64,000 bases of DNA from an uncultured Methanosarcinaceae archaeon (GCA_963833425.1 CAWHXP010000014.1:50454-114453); one strand, 5' to 3'. Shown: positions 1 to 12,030, counted from the first letter of the stretch. Made by a program: numbers and translations. The notes: generated by a model from the letters alone, not told the origin.

Positions 1-449
1 CCTTGAAAACGGTTGCTGATCTCAAGAATTATCTTTTTTACATCCGTTGTTATTTCTGCTTGCATTTCGTCATCTAGATCCAAAATATCAGAAATGGGCT
101 TGTATTCAGCATAGAACTGTCCATTTTCCTGGTGTAGGGAAATAGCTTCTACTCTTTGTACAGATTCTGCAGCAATTAGGTATCCGTTATCAGAGGGCTG
201 AACAGATGTAATTTTTAACAGATTTCCTATTTCATAGAAACTATCACTAGATAAGTCTGAAAATTTCATTCCACTTTTTACTGTCAGCCCGATGGCATAT
301 ACAGATTCGATATTTTTCATCTCACTTAATAACATTTCTCCGGTAATTTTGTCAACCAAAAATTTTGTCCGGCTTTTCGGATAAACAACTATTTCAAAGA
401 GCGGTATTACAATGTTTTCTCTGATGTTGTCGGTTTGTCTAGAATTCAT
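1..449 (-). CDS. lon: ATP-dependent Lon protease, N-terminal part (runs off window)
   Basis: Hand translation from ATG at 449: MNSRQTDNIRENIVIPLFEIVVYPKSRTKF..., resembling the Lon N-terminal substrate-binding domain; open to window edge; downstream of MarR gene. Confidence 0.75.
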   Translation of the reverse strand, partial: MNSRQTDNIRENIVIPLFEIVVYPKSRTKFLVDKITGEMLLSEMKNIESVYAIGLTVKSGMKFSDLSSDSFYEIGNLLKITSVQPSDNGYLIAAESVQRVEAISLHQENGQFYAEYKPISDILDLDDEMQAEITTDVKKIILEISNRFQ

Positions 450-517
450 TATCAATCATCCCAATTATAATTTTATTTATTTAGTTAGAATTAACCTAAT
501 TACTAGGTTAAAAAAAA

Positions 518-937
518 TTACCTTAATTTTTCCAGAATTTCGATGAGAGTGCCTATTTCTCTTTCATCCAGTATATCTACCATCTTTTCAATGACCTTCA
601 TCAAAGAATTTTCTTCAGAACGAGCTATCATCCGCCCTTTTTCAGTTAGACGAATATTAATTACTCTGCCATCATCTGGACATTTTTCTCTGTATACACA
701 CTCAAACTTAACAAATTTATTAATCATTTCTGTGATTGTGGGTTTTGAGTTTTTGGTTATTTTAGCAAGTCTGCTAAACGTCACTTCTTCATATCCATCA
801 ATGGCTCTTAGATATCCGATCTGCTTCACAGTAATGTCCGACAACCCACATTCAGATAGGATCTCACAAGAGCATTCGTCTTTGATTTTTATCAGATTAT
901 CAAAAACCGTAAACAAATGCTCTTTATTTGAAATCAT
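518..937 (-). CDS. MarR-family transcriptional regulator
   Basis: 139 aa wHTH with DGRVINIRLTEKG wing motif. Confidence 0.9.
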   Translation of the reverse strand: MISNKEHLFTVFDNLIKIKDECSCEILSECGLSDITVKQIGYLRAIDGYEEVTFSRLAKITKNSKPTITEMINKFVKFECVYREKCPDDGRVINIRLTEKGRMIARSEENSLMKVIEKMVDILDEREIGTLIEILEKLR

Positions 938-1126
938 ATTCCTACCGCCTTTTTAGTTAGGGTTTCCCTAATTATATACTTTGTGGTTATGCCATGTTTT
1001 ACTCCTTCATCTAATTCATTCATCTATTAAATGTAGTTCCCAAAAGCTTGAAAGTGGTTCAGTACATTTCATATACAATAAATTTTCGTTTCAATAAATT
1101 CAGTTAACTCAAAAGCCTGTATAATT

Positions 1127-2107
1127 TTACTTTAGGATAAGAGAAAGTTCTTTTTCAAGATAGGGGTGCATTGAAGATGTATATCCATGTACCACATCGC
1201 TAACATTATACATTACCTTCGGCTCTTTTGCAAGGGCAAAGGTCTTTAGTGCTGCCTCATGGGGAATTACGGTATCATTAAATGATTGAATCAAAACAAA
1301 TTTTGTAGGCGTTAGGATCGGAAGATAGGTATCTGGATCAATTGAGCGATAAAAACGGTAAGTCTTATTATCGGCTACAAAGGCAGGATCAGTATCTCCA
1401 GTGCCATATCCTGCAGTACTGATTCCGATGACTACTTTAAGGGAAGGATCAAGGGCAGCGGCAATCACTGCAAATCTTCCGCCATTACTCTCTCCTAAAA
1501 TTGCAAGCTTTTTTGAATTAATCTCCGGCTGGACCGCAAGAACATCTGCGGCTTTAAGTGCATCATAAACCATGGTATATTCGAGAGGTTCGAGACCGCT
1601 TCTAAAAAGTTCTAGATCCTTTCCCACACTTATGACACCGAGATTGCGCTGGTCAATAGCAAGAGTTGCATATCCCATTTTTGAGAGTTCCATAGCCAAT
1701 CCCTGTTCGGATTCCTTTCTAACTGTTGCTCCCGGGAGTAGGATTATCCCAGGGAAACCTAAAGAAGAGCTAAAGTTTGCAGGAATTCTTAGAAGAGCCT
1801 GGATTTTATCCCCTTCACTTTCAAAAGACAGAAGTTTCAAAATATCTGAGTTTCCAGGAAAATATACATCCTTTATTTCATGGGTTGTAAATACAGGCTC
1901 TTCTCTTTTAGTAAAAGATACGGTACCGGCTTCTGAAACACTCCATGTAGATGTGCGTTGGGAGTAATTGGCAGGATTGTACAGGACTCCGAAAATGCCT
2001 ACGGATATTAAAAGAAAACCCAAAATCAGAAATCTGGGTTTAAGAGCTTTAATTCTTGAAAAAGCGTTGTTTTTGCTTTCTTTTTTTCCAGAGTTATGCT
2101 TGCTCAA
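1127..2107 (-). CDS. Membrane-anchored alpha/beta hydrolase
   Basis: N-terminal TM helix, GESNGG nucleophile elbow, D and HGY catalytic positions. Confidence 0.85.
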   Translation of the reverse strand: MSKHNSGKKESKNNAFSRIKALKPRFLILGFLLISVGIFGVLYNPANYSQRTSTWSVSEAGTVSFTKREEPVFTTHEIKDVYFPGNSDILKLLSFESEGDKIQALLRIPANFSSSLGFPGIILLPGATVRKESEQGLAMELSKMGYATLAIDQRNLGVISVGKDLELFRSGLEPLEYTMVYDALKAADVLAVQPEINSKKLAILGESNGGRFAVIAAALDPSLKVVIGISTAGYGTGDTDPAFVADNKTYRFYRSIDPDTYLPILTPTKFVLIQSFNDTVIPHEAALKTFALAKEPKVMYNVSDVVHGYTSSMHPYLEKELSLILK

Positions 2108-2527
2108 AAAGAATCCTGCCCAAAAAATTGTGGCCAGAAACTGTTCGCAGGATTTAGTAATAATACCACTATGCTTGTAATAATGCAGATAATCAGCACT
2201 TTTTGCTGAATGTTAACTGCATTTTTATCTACTTAGTCCTGCAGAAGATTATTGTCCTGTATCTGACCTGTTTGCCTTCATTTAACATTTTACGAATTAA
2301 CTGTAATTGAAATATACATTTCATAACCATAATAAATTGCTGTAGCAAAAACCAAAGTGATTATCTGAAAATTAGGAAATGTAACATACTGTTAAATTTC
2401 CGGTTAAATTAGTTAGCAGATAGTGCAGTTCTTATATATAAATTCGGCAGAGAAATTTTTTAATAACTAAGATTCAGCAGGTTTGAATGTAAAATATATT
2501 TCTATACTTAAAAGAAAGGATAATTCT

Positions 2528-3556
2528 TTAAACAAGTACTTCATCCAGTAGGAAAGGTGGGTAAAACACTCCCTTTTCCGTAATTACCGCAGTTACATTT
2601 TCCATTGGAGTCGCATCAAAAGCAGGATTAAAGACTTCTACATCTATTGGGGCAATTTGTTCTGATCCAAAGAAACGTAGCTCTTCAGGACTACGCATTT
2701 CTATTTTTACACTGCCTTCCCAGCCATTGAAATCGAAAGTAGAGATAGGAGCTGCTACATAGAAGGGGATTTCATGCTCTTTTGCAAGGATGGAATGTGT
2801 ATAGGTTCCGATTTTGTTAAAAATAACATCCTGAGTGATCCTGTCAGCTCCTACGAGTACGCTATCTACAAGTCGCTGGCGCATTGCCCATCCAGCCATC
2901 GAGTCCGCAATCAAGGTCACTGGAATTTTGTCCTGCATAAGTTCCCATGTAGTGATCCTGCTGCCCTGATTAAGCGGCCTGGTCTCACAGGCAATAACAT
3001 TTATTTTTTTGCCTTCAGCAATAGCCGAACGTACAACTCCAAGGGCTGTGCCCCAATCCACACAGGAAAGCCTGCCTGCGTTACAGTGTGTGAGTATCGT
3101 ATCTCCTTCTTTTAGGAGTTTAGCTCCATATTTCCCTAGCATCTTGTTAGTTGCCACGTCTTCTTCCGCAATATTTGTGGCTTCTCGAAAGGCAATATCT
3201 TGGATCCCCTGAATATCAAAGGCATCAGAGACTGCTCTTAATACTCTGTCCACACCCCAACTAAGATTTATTGCTGTAGGACGAATAGACTTAAGAACTT
3301 TTCCTGCAACTTCGAGCTCTTTTACCATTGTTTCGAAGTCTCTAGCTTCACTATGTAAAGCTTCGAGGGCAATCCCGAAACCTCCCGCGGCCCCAAGAGC
3401 AGGCGCGCCCCTTATCCTGAGAGACTTTATAGCCTCGCATAGAGAACTCAAAGTCTTGCATTCAATTATTCTGTACTCTTTTGGGAGCAATGTTTGATCT
3501 ACCAGCACAACTGATCTTGACTCTTCCTTCCAGTCAATAGTTCTCATTAAAATCAC
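2528..3556 (-). CDS. mtnA: S-methyl-5-thioribose-1-phosphate isomerase (eIF-2B-like)
   Basis: IRGAPALG, RPTAINL, THCNAG, ETRP..QG, NKIGT, NPAFD motifs; true start probably ATG at 3547. Confidence 0.9.
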   Translation of the reverse strand: MILMRTIDWKEESRSVVLVDQTLLPKEYRIIECKTLSSLCEAIKSLRIRGAPALGAAGGFGIALEALHSEARDFETMVKELEVAGKVLKSIRPTAINLSWGVDRVLRAVSDAFDIQGIQDIAFREATNIAEEDVATNKMLGKYGAKLLKEGDTILTHCNAGRLSCVDWGTALGVVRSAIAEGKKINVIACETRPLNQGSRITTWELMQDKIPVTLIADSMAGWAMRQRLVDSVLVGADRITQDVIFNKIGTYTHSILAKEHEIPFYVAAPISTFDFNGWEGSVKIEMRSPEELRFFGSEQIAPIDVEVFNPAFDATPMENVTAVITEKGVFYPPFLLDEVLV

Positions 3557-3882
3557 TTTCCGATGTCAGCAACATGTTCTATTAGAAAAATCACCAGACT
3601 CTCTTTTAAAGCCTCACATCTAATAAAAAACTATTCAACTCAAAGCCCTGAGAGACTTGTTTGATCCTTTTCTTAAATTATCCTGATAATTTGAGTGATT
3701 ACTATGAAATCCTTTTGGAGCTCTCAATCTTTAATAGAAATATAATTGAAGAAAAAGTGAGAAACAAAGTATTATGGATACCTTATCTGATAGCAAGAAT
3801 TAAATCATGAATAAACATTTAGCTTTGGATATACAGATAATTACGATCTTTTTTCCCAGAAAGGCGAACTTAAATATAATAG

Positions 3883-3973
3883 AGAGGATTTCGATAAACC
3901 TCTGATTTTCATGAATCATTTATACGCCATTTATATGCATAATGCGAAATAAAAAGGTTTATTGAAATCCTCT
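3883..3973. mobile_element. ~90-bp MITE copy with IS5-like terminal inverted repeats
   Basis: AGAGGATTTCGATAAACC...GGTTTATTGAAATCCTCT; matches family copies elsewhere in window. Confidence 0.75.
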
Positions 3974-4349
3974 AGATTTATAGGGTAATAGCGCAAATAA
4001 GAGAAGATTTAAAACCCATAGCTTAGATACAGGAAAAGTCGTAGTTTAAAGAATATCAAGTCAAAAATTTCATGAACCCATTTTCCGCAGATGTACACAA
4101 GAATGCCATTTATTTTCTCAATATGGCATTAATTTAAAAATTAATCTGACTTTCAATGAAAAATAGTGGACGAATAGGCAACAAATTATACAATTGTGTG
4201 CCTTTGTGGAATGTCGGATAAATAAAATCATAAATTTCAGGGACCTTTAATCCGTAGATTTAGTCTGTAAATTTCAAAAATTATGAAAGATCTATTATTC
4301 CATTAATGCGGTTTATGAAATCAGGGTATTCGTCGGAGAGTAAGCGCTT

Positions 4350-5450
4350 ATGACAAAAATAAAAATAGCAATTGCAGGAATCGGGAACTGTGCAAGCTCT
4401 TTGATACAGGGCATTGAGTATTATAAAGCTGAACATAAAGAATCTATCGGGCTGATGCACTGGGATCTTGGCGGGTATAAACCCAAGGACATCAAAGTTG
4501 TCGCTGCTTTTGACGTTGATGCCAGGAAAGAAGGAAAAGATGTGGCTGAGGCTATCTTCGCTCCCCCTAACTGCACAACGATTTTTTGCCCGGACATTCC
4601 GGCCACAGGCGTGAAGGTTAAAATGGGTAGAGTTCTTGACGGCATCTCTGACCATATGAAAAATTATGAGGAAAGATATACTTTTGTTGTCAGCAAGGAA
4701 CAAGAAGCTACAAAAGCAGATATAGTAAACGAACTGAAGAATTCCGGCGCAGATATGCTTCTCAATTATCTACCTGTAGGCTCTGAAAAAGCAGTCCGTT
4801 TCTATGCAGAGTGTGCTCTTGACGCCAGAGTAGCTTTTATTAATAATATGCCTGTTTTTATCGCAAGCGATCCCGAATGGGCAAAAAAGTTTGAAGAAAA
4901 AAATATTCCGATAGTGGGAGATGATATTAAAGCTCAGTTAGGGGCTACAATTACCCACCGGATTCTTGCAGACCTTTTCGAAAAACGCGGCTTAAAACTT
5001 GACAGGACATATCAGCTGAATACTGGAGGAAACACTGATTTCCTCAATATGCTTAATAGGAGCAGACTTGCTTCCAAACGAGAATCAAAAACAGAAGCTG
5101 TTCAGTCCGTTCTCTCTCATAAACTTGAGAAAGAAAACATTCACATTGGACCTAGCGACTACGTAGCCTGGCAAAAAGACAATAAAGTATGTTTCTTGAG
5201 AATGGAAGGTCGGCTTTTTGGGGACGTGCCTATGAACCTTGAACTTCGGCTCTCTGTAGAAGACTCCCCGAACTCTGCAGGTGTTGTAATTGACGCTATT
5301 CGCTGCTGTAAGCTGGCTCTTGATCGTGGAATTGGTGGTGTGCTGTATTCTCCAGCATCCTACTTTATGAAACACCCTGCTATCCAATATCCTGACGATG
5401 AAGCCTACAGAAGGACTGAGGAGTTCATAGCCGGCACACGGAAACGTTAA
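4350..5450 (+). CDS. ino1: myo-inositol-1-phosphate synthase
   Basis: GIGNCASS, GDDIKAQLGAT, QLNTGGNTDFLNM, VEDSPNSAG motifs. Confidence 0.95.
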   Translation: MTKIKIAIAGIGNCASSLIQGIEYYKAEHKESIGLMHWDLGGYKPKDIKVVAAFDVDARKEGKDVAEAIFAPPNCTTIFCPDIPATGVKVKMGRVLDGISDHMKNYEERYTFVVSKEQEATKADIVNELKNSGADMLLNYLPVGSEKAVRFYAECALDARVAFINNMPVFIASDPEWAKKFEEKNIPIVGDDIKAQLGATITHRILADLFEKRGLKLDRTYQLNTGGNTDFLNMLNRSRLASKRESKTEAVQSVLSHKLEKENIHIGPSDYVAWQKDNKVCFLRMEGRLFGDVPMNLELRLSVEDSPNSAGVVIDAIRCCKLALDRGIGGVLYSPASYFMKHPAIQYPDDEAYRRTEEFIAGTRKR

Positions 5451-5571
5451 AACTGTATGAGAAAATTGTAAAAGTGTTTTTAGCTGAAAATCCTGGAAGG
5501 ATCTGGGGCTTTTAAATTTTTTCTGCCCCAAAATATTCTTCGCAAAATTTGTCCCAATGTTTCTTTACCGT

Positions 5572-6228
5572 TTAACGGATTCCTTCAGCTGTAATTCTAA
5601 AATCGGCACTTGAGCCTTCCGGAAGAGAGCGGTGTTTGTACAGAACAGCGCGTCTTGTTCCTTCACCTATTTTTTCCAGCTGGATAATTGCCTTTGATAT
5701 GTGTTCTAAGGAACTTCCACCTAATGGACGCACTCCCCCTAAGATGATATCGGAGTAGACTTGGTTGGTTATGACTGCAACAAAGCCGTGTTTGCGGGCC
5801 AATGCATGCAGAAATCCTATCTGGCTAGCAAGCTCTCTTCGGCTCTTCATACCTGTTTCTTCTTCTTCTAGCTCAAACCTATAGTATGAAGTTGCAGAGT
5901 CAAGGATCACGAGACCAATATTCTCACCCGCTATCTTCTCCACTTCTCTTACAGCCACATACTGTTCTTCAAAATTGAGGGGTTCAAAGATAATGATATT
6001 CCTCGCTATTTCCTTTGCCTTTTCTCCTGCAATTTGCTTAAAACGAACAGCAGAAAGTCCTTCGGTATCTATAAAAATGACTTTCTGCCCCTGCTTTACA
6101 CATTCCACTGCAAGCTGGATACAGATATTTGTTTTTCCGGTTCCTGCAGCTCCAAAGATTTGAGTTACAATTCCCTTCTCGAAACCTCCTCCCAGAAGTT
6201 CATCAAAGGATTTGCAGACGGAAGGCAA
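5572..6228 (-). CDS. radB: DNA repair and recombination protein RadB
   Basis: Short RecA-family ATPase lacking RadA N-domain; Walker A GAAGTGKT, C-terminal KHR motif; start may be 6240. Confidence 0.93.
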   Translation of the reverse strand: MPSVCKSFDELLGGGFEKGIVTQIFGAAGTGKTNICIQLAVECVKQGQKVIFIDTEGLSAVRFKQIAGEKAKEIARNIIIFEPLNFEEQYVAVREVEKIAGENIGLVILDSATSYYRFELEEEETGMKSRRELASQIGFLHALARKHGFVAVITNQVYSDIILGGVRPLGGSSLEHISKAIIQLEKIGEGTRRAVLYKHRSLPEGSSADFRITAEGIR

Positions 6229-7326
6229 TAGTTTCTCTATAGAATGACACCTCTTTTTATACTTAACAGATGTATAATAATGGCCAATGATATTAACACT
6301 TTTTTGTAATCTTAATCTTCAATGCTTTTTTGTAATCTTTAATCTTCTCGGTGAAATTTAAAATTACATCTATAGAGATCAAGTATTTGCTACTACTCTA
6401 CTCAAAATTATTGGAAACGCATTGGTATACCAGCTCAGTTCATCGAAACCAGAAATTGTTGATTTTTGTTTGACCATATTTCTTCAATCTAGATTATTTT
6501 AAATTCTCTTTCAGTTTACTTTAAAATTTCTAAATATAGTGCTAATATTGTGCAAGCGGTCACATTTTCAATTAGTCTATGATCTTAAAGTTTATAGTCC
6601 TAAAAATTTCTTATTATACATACGACTAAATATGCTGATGATGCTCATTGTATTGATGCTGGCTATTTAAGCACAAAACATAAATTTGAAGATGCAAACA
6701 TTTGGGACGAAAAAAAGTTTTGATTGAAAATAGTTTAATTGCTTTTCTACTGGAAGGAGCATCAAAAACAACAATCATATGGTACCTCTATGCACAACTA
6801 GATAGTCGAGCAATTTCAGGGAGTCGGATTCAATGAAATCTTGAACAAGTTGGGATCGAATACTTTTGATAGATCGCTTATTTTTTTGAGTACATTTTTG
6901 AGTTTATACAATTAATTGAGCTAGACGCTAAATTCTTTCTCTATTAAATTCATTAAATAATTAAGTAATTATTTTACAGACTATGTCTTTTTTTAGTATC
7001 TTAATAATAAAAAAACTGGAGCTTTTTTTTGCAATCTTATGCATACCAAATAAAAAAAAGTACATGAATTGATTATGGTCCGGATATCTAATCCGCACTA
7101 AAATCTGGATAGTTCTCCGAAATAAAAAGCATAACCATCGAAGAACCTATGGAACTTGGTTTTCGAATTGGGTTAAATATAACAAATGCAACTGTAGAAT
7201 AGTAAGTTTTTAGCATCTGCCTCTTCTCAGGAAAAGAAATTTTCATCATCCAGACAAAGGCAACAAAATAAAATAAACTTTAAAAGATGTACTTTAGCCA
7301 CGAAAATAATTTCTCATCTTGACTCA

Positions 7327-9033
7327 TTAAAGCCTTTTAAGCTGCTGATTATATGCCTTTTCAATTCTCTGGATTGTATCCGCTTCTACTGGATCTTTAT
7401 CATCTCTGATACGGATAAATCGGGGAAAACGAAGTGCAAAACCAGAGTTATAATTGGGGCTTTTTTGAATCTCTTCAAAGGCAATTTCCAGAACAATTTT
7501 AGGTCTTATAGCAAATACCCCACCCGCTTCTCCGCCGTCCATCAGTTCGGAAAGCATTTCTGTGAGCTCTTTTAGCTTTTCGTCATTCAAGCCTGTTCCA
7601 ACCTTGCCAACTTGCAAAAAAGTAGAAGTTTCAGGGTCATAACAGGCAACAGTGTAAGAACCTATGAGGCTTGCACGCCTACCAAAGCCCCACTCAGCTC
7701 CAACTACTACAAGATCAAGGGTTTCCATCAGGGGTTTTTTCTTAAGCCAATTCTTACCGCGTTTACCAGGGGAATAAACCGAATTAGGATTTTTGACCAT
7801 TACTCCCTCATGACCGGCTTTCAAGGCTTCCCTATAGATCTTTTCCACAACCTCAAGGTCTCCAGTTATCACCTGCTTATCAACAGAAATGGACTTCGAA
7901 TCTTCAGTTGAGCTTTCCACGCAGGACTCAAGCACCTTTCGTCGCTCACTAAGAAGAAGGTCAATCAGTGTTCTGCCGTTCAAGTACATGATATCAAAGA
8001 GATTGAGCTGTATAGGGATTCCAAGTATTTTTTCCCCTACGTCGTACTTACGACGGAAACGTTTAAGGATTTCCTGAAAAGCTCTTGGTTTTCCTTTTTC
8101 ATCCACTGCAACAGCTTCCCCATCAAGAATTGCGTATTCGGCTTTCACATGCTTTCGAATAATTTCGACAAGGTCTGGTAGGGAATTTGTGACATTTTCA
8201 AGTCTTCGTGAATAAATAGTAACCGAGTTTCCAGCTTTGTGGATCTGGACCCTTGCGCCGTCGAATTTCCATTCAATTGCAGCTTCTCTCATTTCCATTA
8301 TATCCGCATCTATATCAGGACTAATCTGTGAGAGCATCATCTTTATGGGCCGATTGATTTCGATCCCCAGGCCTTTGAGATCTTGTATACCTCCTTTCTT
8401 TGCAGCTGCAGCAACTATTCCGAGGTCATTTGTGACCATAAAAGCGTGCTCTACCAAATCTACAGGGACGGAAAAGGCTTTTGCGATGGCATCCCTTAAA
8501 ACTCCTTCCCCAACCCCTATACGGAGCTCTTCAAGTGCAAGCCTGGAGATATACTTTGCTTCCCTTGGGGTTGAGGAATTAAAAAGGAACTGAAGATTTT
8601 TGACCTTAACTTCCTGTGAACCTTTCCCTGAGGCTTCTGAAGCCGTCTTGAAGCGTTGGTAGACTTCCTCTATAGAGAGCTCGTGCTGCTCTTCGAGGAA
8701 AGAAGAAAAAGTGATCTGATTTTTTCGTTTTTCCTTCAGGATAAGAAGTGCAGTGTCTCCTATATCTCCTGTTGTACGGACAAGGGACTCTATACTTCTT
8801 ATAGACATTCCGGAAGCTTTGGAAAGGGAAGCATACAAAAGGCTTGTGCCAATTCCAAGCTGCTCTCCACTCCAGTCAGGAAAAACCTCACTCATAATAA
8901 AATGAGTTGCAAGGGGAAGCTCTTCTACGCTGACATTCATAAGAAGATCAGCGACCCTATTTGTAGTGTCTATAGTACTTGAAATTTTTTCAATTGCCTG
9001 GCAGGTTTCTGCAAATTCCCTGAAGCTCGTCAT
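7327..9033 (-). CDS. lig: ATP-dependent DNA ligase
   Basis: EWKFDGAR adenylation motif, EGVMVK, LRFPRF. Confidence 0.97.
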   Translation of the reverse strand: MTSFREFAETCQAIEKISSTIDTTNRVADLLMNVSVEELPLATHFIMSEVFPDWSGEQLGIGTSLLYASLSKASGMSIRSIESLVRTTGDIGDTALLILKEKRKNQITFSSFLEEQHELSIEEVYQRFKTASEASGKGSQEVKVKNLQFLFNSSTPREAKYISRLALEELRIGVGEGVLRDAIAKAFSVPVDLVEHAFMVTNDLGIVAAAAKKGGIQDLKGLGIEINRPIKMMLSQISPDIDADIMEMREAAIEWKFDGARVQIHKAGNSVTIYSRRLENVTNSLPDLVEIIRKHVKAEYAILDGEAVAVDEKGKPRAFQEILKRFRRKYDVGEKILGIPIQLNLFDIMYLNGRTLIDLLLSERRKVLESCVESSTEDSKSISVDKQVITGDLEVVEKIYREALKAGHEGVMVKNPNSVYSPGKRGKNWLKKKPLMETLDLVVVGAEWGFGRRASLIGSYTVACYDPETSTFLQVGKVGTGLNDEKLKELTEMLSELMDGGEAGGVFAIRPKIVLEIAFEEIQKSPNYNSGFALRFPRFIRIRDDKDPVEADTIQRIEKAYNQQLKRL

Positions 9034-9101
9034 GGTCCACGCAGCTTTTCAATTTGATTGCTCACCTAATTTAGGGTTTCTAAAACCAAAATTATTATGC
9101 T

Positions 9102-10100
9102 CTACGAGTGCCCGTAAATTGCGATAAGATCGCTAAGAATCGCACTTGCTGTCTCAACAGGCCCGGCACCTTTACCAGTAACTGTAATTTCTCCTGCAAG
9201 TTCGGTGTATAAAGATGCAATATTTAGAGTACCTCCGACTGCAAGAGGGTGGTTGATAGGTACAAGCCTTGGGGCCACATCTATCCTTTCCCTGTTAACT
9301 TCGCCTATAAGTTTTATTGCATGCCCATTTTCATTAGCCATCTCCAGGGCTTCAGGAGTAATCTTTGTAATTCCTGTAACTTCAACATCCTTGTAAGTAG
9401 CATCGAGTTCGAAGATAGCATTTGCCAGAATTACTAGCTTACAGGCAGTATCAATCCCTTCAACATCGTATGTTGGATCGGTTTCTGCAATTCCGAGCTC
9501 AATTGACTCGGCAAGAATGTCAGTGTAACTTGCTCTTTCTTCCAACATTCTTGTCAGGATGTAATTACAGGTTCCGTTTAGGATACCTTTGATACTTATA
9601 ATCTTATTGCCTGCGAGAACTTCGTTTGCCAGATTAATGATTGGCATTGAACCTCCAACTGTGGCTTCAAATCTGAACTTCGAACCGGCTGCTTTTGCAG
9701 CCATCATGAGTTCTCTATACTTAAGTGTAAGTGGACCTTTATTCGAGGTAATAAGTGACTTCTTAGTTTGAAAAGCTGCAAACATATTCTGGAGACCTAT
9801 TCCGCCGGTTTTGATGTTTGTAGGAGTAGTCTCTATTACCAATTCATGGTCTACAGACCTAATAACTTCTATTCCGCTAATATTCTCAAGGGCTACAGTG
9901 CCACTAATTCTCTTACGTGAAAGGCACTCTGCGAGGTTCAAACCTTCAGGATTGATGGTTGCACCCTTTGAGTCCACAACAGCAACTACTTTCACTTCTA
10001 ACCCGATACTTTCAAGATACTCTTTCTTCATAAGAAGTACCTCGGCAACCCCCTGTCCAATTGCACCGAATCCGAGAATGGAACAGGCTATCTTCTTCAT
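9102..10100 (-). CDS. hom: Homoserine dehydrogenase
   Basis: GFGAIG, SNKGP, FEATVGG, GILNGT, DPTYDVEG motifs. Confidence 0.95.
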   Translation of the reverse strand: MKKIACSILGFGAIGQGVAEVLLMKKEYLESIGLEVKVVAVVDSKGATINPEGLNLAECLSRKRISGTVALENISGIEVIRSVDHELVIETTPTNIKTGGIGLQNMFAAFQTKKSLITSNKGPLTLKYRELMMAAKAAGSKFRFEATVGGSMPIINLANEVLAGNKIISIKGILNGTCNYILTRMLEERASYTDILAESIELGIAETDPTYDVEGIDTACKLVILANAIFELDATYKDVEVTGITKITPEALEMANENGHAIKLIGEVNRERIDVAPRLVPINHPLAVGGTLNIASLYTELAGEITVTGKGAGPVETASAILSDLIAIYGHS

Positions 10101-10122
10101 ATTTTCAATCTCCTAAATTTTT

Positions 10123-10638
10123 TCAGGCCTGTATGTTTATTGGGAGTATCATCAGCAGGTCTTTTTTTGCTGAAACTTCTTTTAGAATTTTGAGCGCCTT
10201 TTGCAAATCTTCTTTACTCACAGCATCGATTTTTATGAGGGCTGAAGAAAGTAGATTAATGCCAGGCATGGAGAGGGAAATGTCCACAACCTCAGCAAAA
10301 CCAGTTTTGTCAATTTCATCGATTGTATCCCGGATTCCAGTATGTACCACGTGCCCTATAAGGACCACATTTATGCTCTCCCTAAAACGATGTTCTCCAA
10401 CTCTTACAACCCTGACCCCGTTTTCTTCAAGTTTCGCTTTTATAATTTCGATACTTTCGGGTTTAGTTTCAAGTACAAGCTGCACTGGTACTGTTTTTCG
10501 TGGGGTTCTTTTCTGATGGTGATGTAATACGGTTATCAGATTAGCTTTGCAGTCTGAAAGAGGCTGGAGGGCTAAAAGCATCTGCCCGGGCACATCTTTT
10601 AGTTCAATGTCCATGGAAATTCTCATGTTGTCCCTCAT
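10123..10638 (-). CDS. ACT-domain protein (putative allosteric regulator of homoserine dehydrogenase)
   Basis: ELKDVPGQ ACT motif; immediately upstream of hom. Confidence 0.85.
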   Translation of the reverse strand: MRDNMRISMDIELKDVPGQMLLALQPLSDCKANLITVLHHHQKRTPRKTVPVQLVLETKPESIEIIKAKLEENGVRVVRVGEHRFRESINVVLIGHVVHTGIRDTIDEIDKTGFAEVVDISLSMPGINLLSSALIKIDAVSKEDLQKALKILKEVSAKKDLLMILPINIQA

Positions 10639-11136
10639 ACACTTTAATATAATTTAATTACTATTCATCCTGGAAAAAAAGTATCAATAGCCATCTTTAC
10701 TAATATCCGTTGAGTAAATTTCGGTTGGCTTATTTTGTTTATATGTTAGCTATTGATCATGTTTTTTATTTTTCCCTCGTTTAGTGGTCAGAAGAATCAT
10801 CGAGTCAAAATAGGTTCAGCCAGCTGATTTTTGATAGACTGAATAATTTAATAATTTCTTAAACTTAATCTCTTAGAGTAGAGTTCAATTACTTGGTATT
10901 TGCTACTAATATAGTTGAATCAAGTGACATTCTGTGAATGATCTTTATTTTATAAGAAAGCTTTTTTGGGAATTTTTGGAAGCAAAAAGGGGGATTATTA
11001 TGTACTTATCCCTATTTTTCAAATATTGTTTGACCTTTATTGCTGCTTAGTGGGTGAATTTGGATATATAGTTTGTGATTTACTTTTCATAAAAAAGATT
11101 GTATAAACTACCTCTTCCATCTTATTTTTGCCTACT

Positions 11137-12030
11137 TTAATCTTCTGTTTGTTTAGATACATGTTCATCAGGAATACGTATAATATTTCCTCTACCTCGT
11201 TTGAATTTTTCAATCAAGCCGCGTTCTTCCAGGTCTGACAGCATAAGGCTGACTTTGGATTCTGAGTATGGAGATTTTTTCCGAAGTTCTCTCTGGGTAA
11301 TTCGGTTTCCGTTAGTCCGAATTAAATTCATAAGTTCCTTGAGATCCTCAGGGAGATTGATCTCGCGGTCCTCCTGAAGATCATCGACGTCTAAAGAGTT
11401 AGTTTCAGGCAACCTTGAACTTATTTCAAAAGTTTCATCAAGACTTTCTTCTTCGTCTATAGGACTCTCAGGTTGCAACGTTTTTGGTTCCGTGTTTACG
11501 TCCGGAAAACTATTTTTTATCACAAGAGGTTTTAGATATCTTTTTTTTATGAAATAGCCCGCTACTAAGAGAACGATTATGGAGACAAGGGGAATAGAAA
11601 CGAAAAAATAATTCAGGGAGTTTGCTGTATCTACATTTTTTGTCTCATCAAAACTCAAATTTGGAACTTCAAATCCACTCTGGTTCAGAAGTTCTTCGTT
11701 ATATGTTGGAAATAGGAGAAGGTCATGCACATACTCTCCTTTATCTGAGATCACAACTTCCTCTTTAGCAGTATAAACGATGGTTTTTCCCTCAAAGTAA
11801 TTCGCAGTTATCAAGTAAGTTCCAGGAGTAAGATTGAAGGAATAATTTGCACCCGTAGCAACAAAATTCTGTTCAGGAGTGGAGTTAATTTCAACAACTG
11901 CATTATCAAGAGGTTTGAAATTCTCCCATTCATATACAGTTCCGTGAATTGTGGCTGCAAATGCATTTCCCTGAAAAGGCATGATGAAAAAGAAAATACA
12001 GGTGATCCTGTAAAGCTTTCTAAAATTCAC
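11137..12030 (-). CDS. Membrane-spanning protein with extracellular beta domain and C-terminal winged HTH
   Basis: Signal peptide, IHGTVY...PLDNAVV domain, TM helix, then ITQRELRKK...SKVSLMLSDLE wHTH. Confidence 0.8.
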   Translation of the reverse strand: MNFRKLYRITCIFFFIMPFQGNAFAATIHGTVYEWENFKPLDNAVVEINSTPEQNFVATGANYSFNLTPGTYLITANYFEGKTIVYTAKEEVVISDKGEYVHDLLLFPTYNEELLNQSGFEVPNLSFDETKNVDTANSLNYFFVSIPLVSIIVLLVAGYFIKKRYLKPLVIKNSFPDVNTEPKTLQPESPIDEEESLDETFEISSRLPETNSLDVDDLQEDREINLPEDLKELMNLIRTNGNRITQRELRKKSPYSESKVSLMLSDLEERGLIEKFKRGRGNIIRIPDEHVSKQTED

